From Cyanophora paradoxa CCMP329 (lineage: Eukaryota > Plantae > Glaucophyta), in contig QPMI01000542.1 in assembly GCA_004431415.1 (NCBI GenBank), forward strand, positions 310,001 through 374,000: a stretch of 64,000 nt of DNA. The letters are read 5' to 3'. The position numbers were made by a program, and so were the translations under genes. A model generated the notes under the pieces. It was not told the origin of the DNA and did no database searches. It worked only from the letters and a program-made list of their open reading frames with translations. Positions 62,341 through 64,000 of this stretch are shown here, one piece after another (the first letter of the stretch is position 1; the number at the start of each line of letters is the position of its first letter).

Positions 62341-64000
62341 ATGACGTTAACGTGGTGCGCGCACGTTTTGCGCGAGGACGGGGGGGCCACGTACGGCGGG
62401 CCTAGGCCCGGCAGGCGGCCGCGGCGCAACGAGAGCGACAAGATTTTCAGTCGAGCCCGGCCCGCGGCCGGCGCAAATTAAACGTGAACACGCCCGCCAA
62501 AGGCTAAAGCACGCGCATGCGCAGGGTGAGCGCTGTCTGGGAGGCTGCGATCGAGTTGCAGAGAACAAACGACTCCGAAGGCGGCGTGCTGAAGAGCGAA
62601 ATTGAGGCCCACATCAGGGCGAACTGGAATCTGTATTTCGGCAACCGCCCCGTACCTGCGACGGTGTCGCGGATCATCGCCGAGAGGCTGGGCGCGCGCG
62701 GCGGCAATCGATTCCGCCACGCCGGCGGCCCGGAGTCGGCCTACAATCCTGACAGCAAATGCGCGCAAACTAAAGCTCTCCCCCACTGCGGCATTCGTTC
62801 ACATCTCTATGACGCGAAATTGCAGGGGCGCCAATTAACCGCGAATCAATTGAAGTCGAAGCGAATTCGAAGCAGAAGCCGGCCGCGGGCGCAAATTCGA
62901 GGAAGAAGGCCAAGAAGTTGGAGTCAGGATCTTCGGCTGCGGCATCTTCGGCGCCGGCATCGAGCAAACGCAAAGACAGCGCCCCTCGACCGAGCACAAA
63001 GAGAAAGCTCGAGTTCACCGCAGAACTCTCTGAGACAGAAAAGGTTCGTCCGAATATTTCGATGTTGCAAGTTGATTGCCCAAAGCTGCTAGTGACTTAA
63101 TATTAATGGCCATTTAGAGTGCAATGGACAGCGACGACGATGGCGAGAAGTCGAATGCGGCCCCGACACGGCCCGTGAAATCTCCCAAACGCTCTCGAGC
63201 TCGAGCTTCTTCCTCTACACCGGCACCCGCTTTGCCAGACGAGGCTAATTCCGCACAGGTAGCTGCTGACGCCTCCAGCCAGTCGCTTCGTCTTCGCGAT
63301 TACTTCTGCTAATTACCCGATCGTAATCAGCAATAGACTGACATATAGGCCATGTAGACTGACGCCGCCATATAAACTGACGCGGCCTTATAGACTGACG
63401 TGGCCTTCTCACGGCGTGCTATGCCCACGAGCAAGGGGGACCGGCATGCATCTGCTCCGCGAGACGGCATTACTCCTGCTGAGGTCGACATCAACACACA
63501 GGTGTCACCTTCAAATATATCTAATATTAATTGTAATATACCTCACTGCCAAAGGCGTCTGCAGTCCTCGAGGAGAAGCTTAAGCACTGAGCGCGAGACA
63601 CAGCCATCGGCTGCCAGCGAGAGCCTGAGCTCTGCATCTGGCCGTGGGCGAGGAAGAAGCCGCCCTCGAGCTCTGCAGGTGCCCTCCATCTCTCATGCCT
63701 AGGCCTCCCTGCTCTGAAATTCAAGATTTACAGGCGCGGACATCGCGATCGATATCGATATCGTCCCCCATCGACTTGGAAACGGAGACCAATTTCGCCA
63801 GCTTGCCTTTCGTACGTCTTTCTTCTCGTTGTGACGTTCCTTCGTAATCGAACTAAATTATGACAGAGTATGCCCTTGAGCGCTAGCTCTTCTTCTCCTG
63901 CTGCGCCTGCAGCCACGACGGAACAGATTGCGGTCAATTCGGGCTTTTTATATTGCGTAGCAATTTCGCAGTTGCATTAATATTTCATCGTCCTTCGCAG
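62341..64000 (+). CDS. 5' part of a putative chromatin protein with an N-terminal winged-helix domain (Polycomb-like EH / ASH2L type); runs off the window
   Basis: ATG at 62341 and an intron to about 62524 give MTLTWVSAVWEAAIELQRTNDSEGGVLKSEIEAHIRANWNLYFGNRP...RLGARGGNRF. This LxWV...EI......NW...RF pattern matches what I recall of PCL/ASH2L winged helices. Basic, Ser-rich low-complexity exons follow, and the window ends on an acceptor-like CGCAG. Confidence 0.55.
63333..63405. repeat. Short tandem repeat, 4 units of TAGACTGAC plus GC-rich spacer (about 18-21 bp period)
   Basis: Direct reading, probably intronic. Confidence 0.7.

Noticed and set aside
1-64000. Hundreds of 60-290 aa ORFs in the six-frame track
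   Set aside because: They are mostly Arg/Ala/Pro-rich shadow ORFs of GC-rich DNA or exon-intron read-throughs; the real genes appear only after splicing.

Overview
GC-rich, intron-dense eukaryotic (protist/algal-type) genomic DNA. Introns are mostly 60-200 nt with GTGCG/GTACG and occasional GCGCG donors and CGCAG acceptors, so most entries in the six-frame ORF track are spurious. Positions 1-50058 are a nested, near-identical tandem amplification holding four 3'-truncated copies and one full-length copy (45313-53350) of an unusual pentameric ligand-gated ion channel gene. That gene has a signal peptide, about 800-850 aa of N-terminal ectodomain with bacterial-adhesin-like beta-sandwich repeats, a Cys-less 'Pro-loop' ligand-binding domain (VDINVKDFPFDIQTL), M1-M4, and a long M3-M4 loop. 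A 5.1-kb non-autonomous CACTA transposon (42-bp perfect TIRs, GAG target duplication) sits upstream of the channel gene. It is present twice complete and four times as partial right-arm fragments, and all three types of amplification junction fall in or beside its right arm. The recurring junction contains a 45-nt insert copied from the RING exon of the downstream gene, and it gives the truncated copies a new in-frame stop, so they could encode ectodomain-only proteins. Also present are the 3' half of a formate/nitrite transporter gene (7280-8960), an SHPRH/Rad5-like SNF2 ATPase-RING gene on the minus strand (about 53628-61630), and the start of a divergently transcribed winged-helix protein gene (62341 onward). 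All exon models were spliced by hand and no database searches were run.
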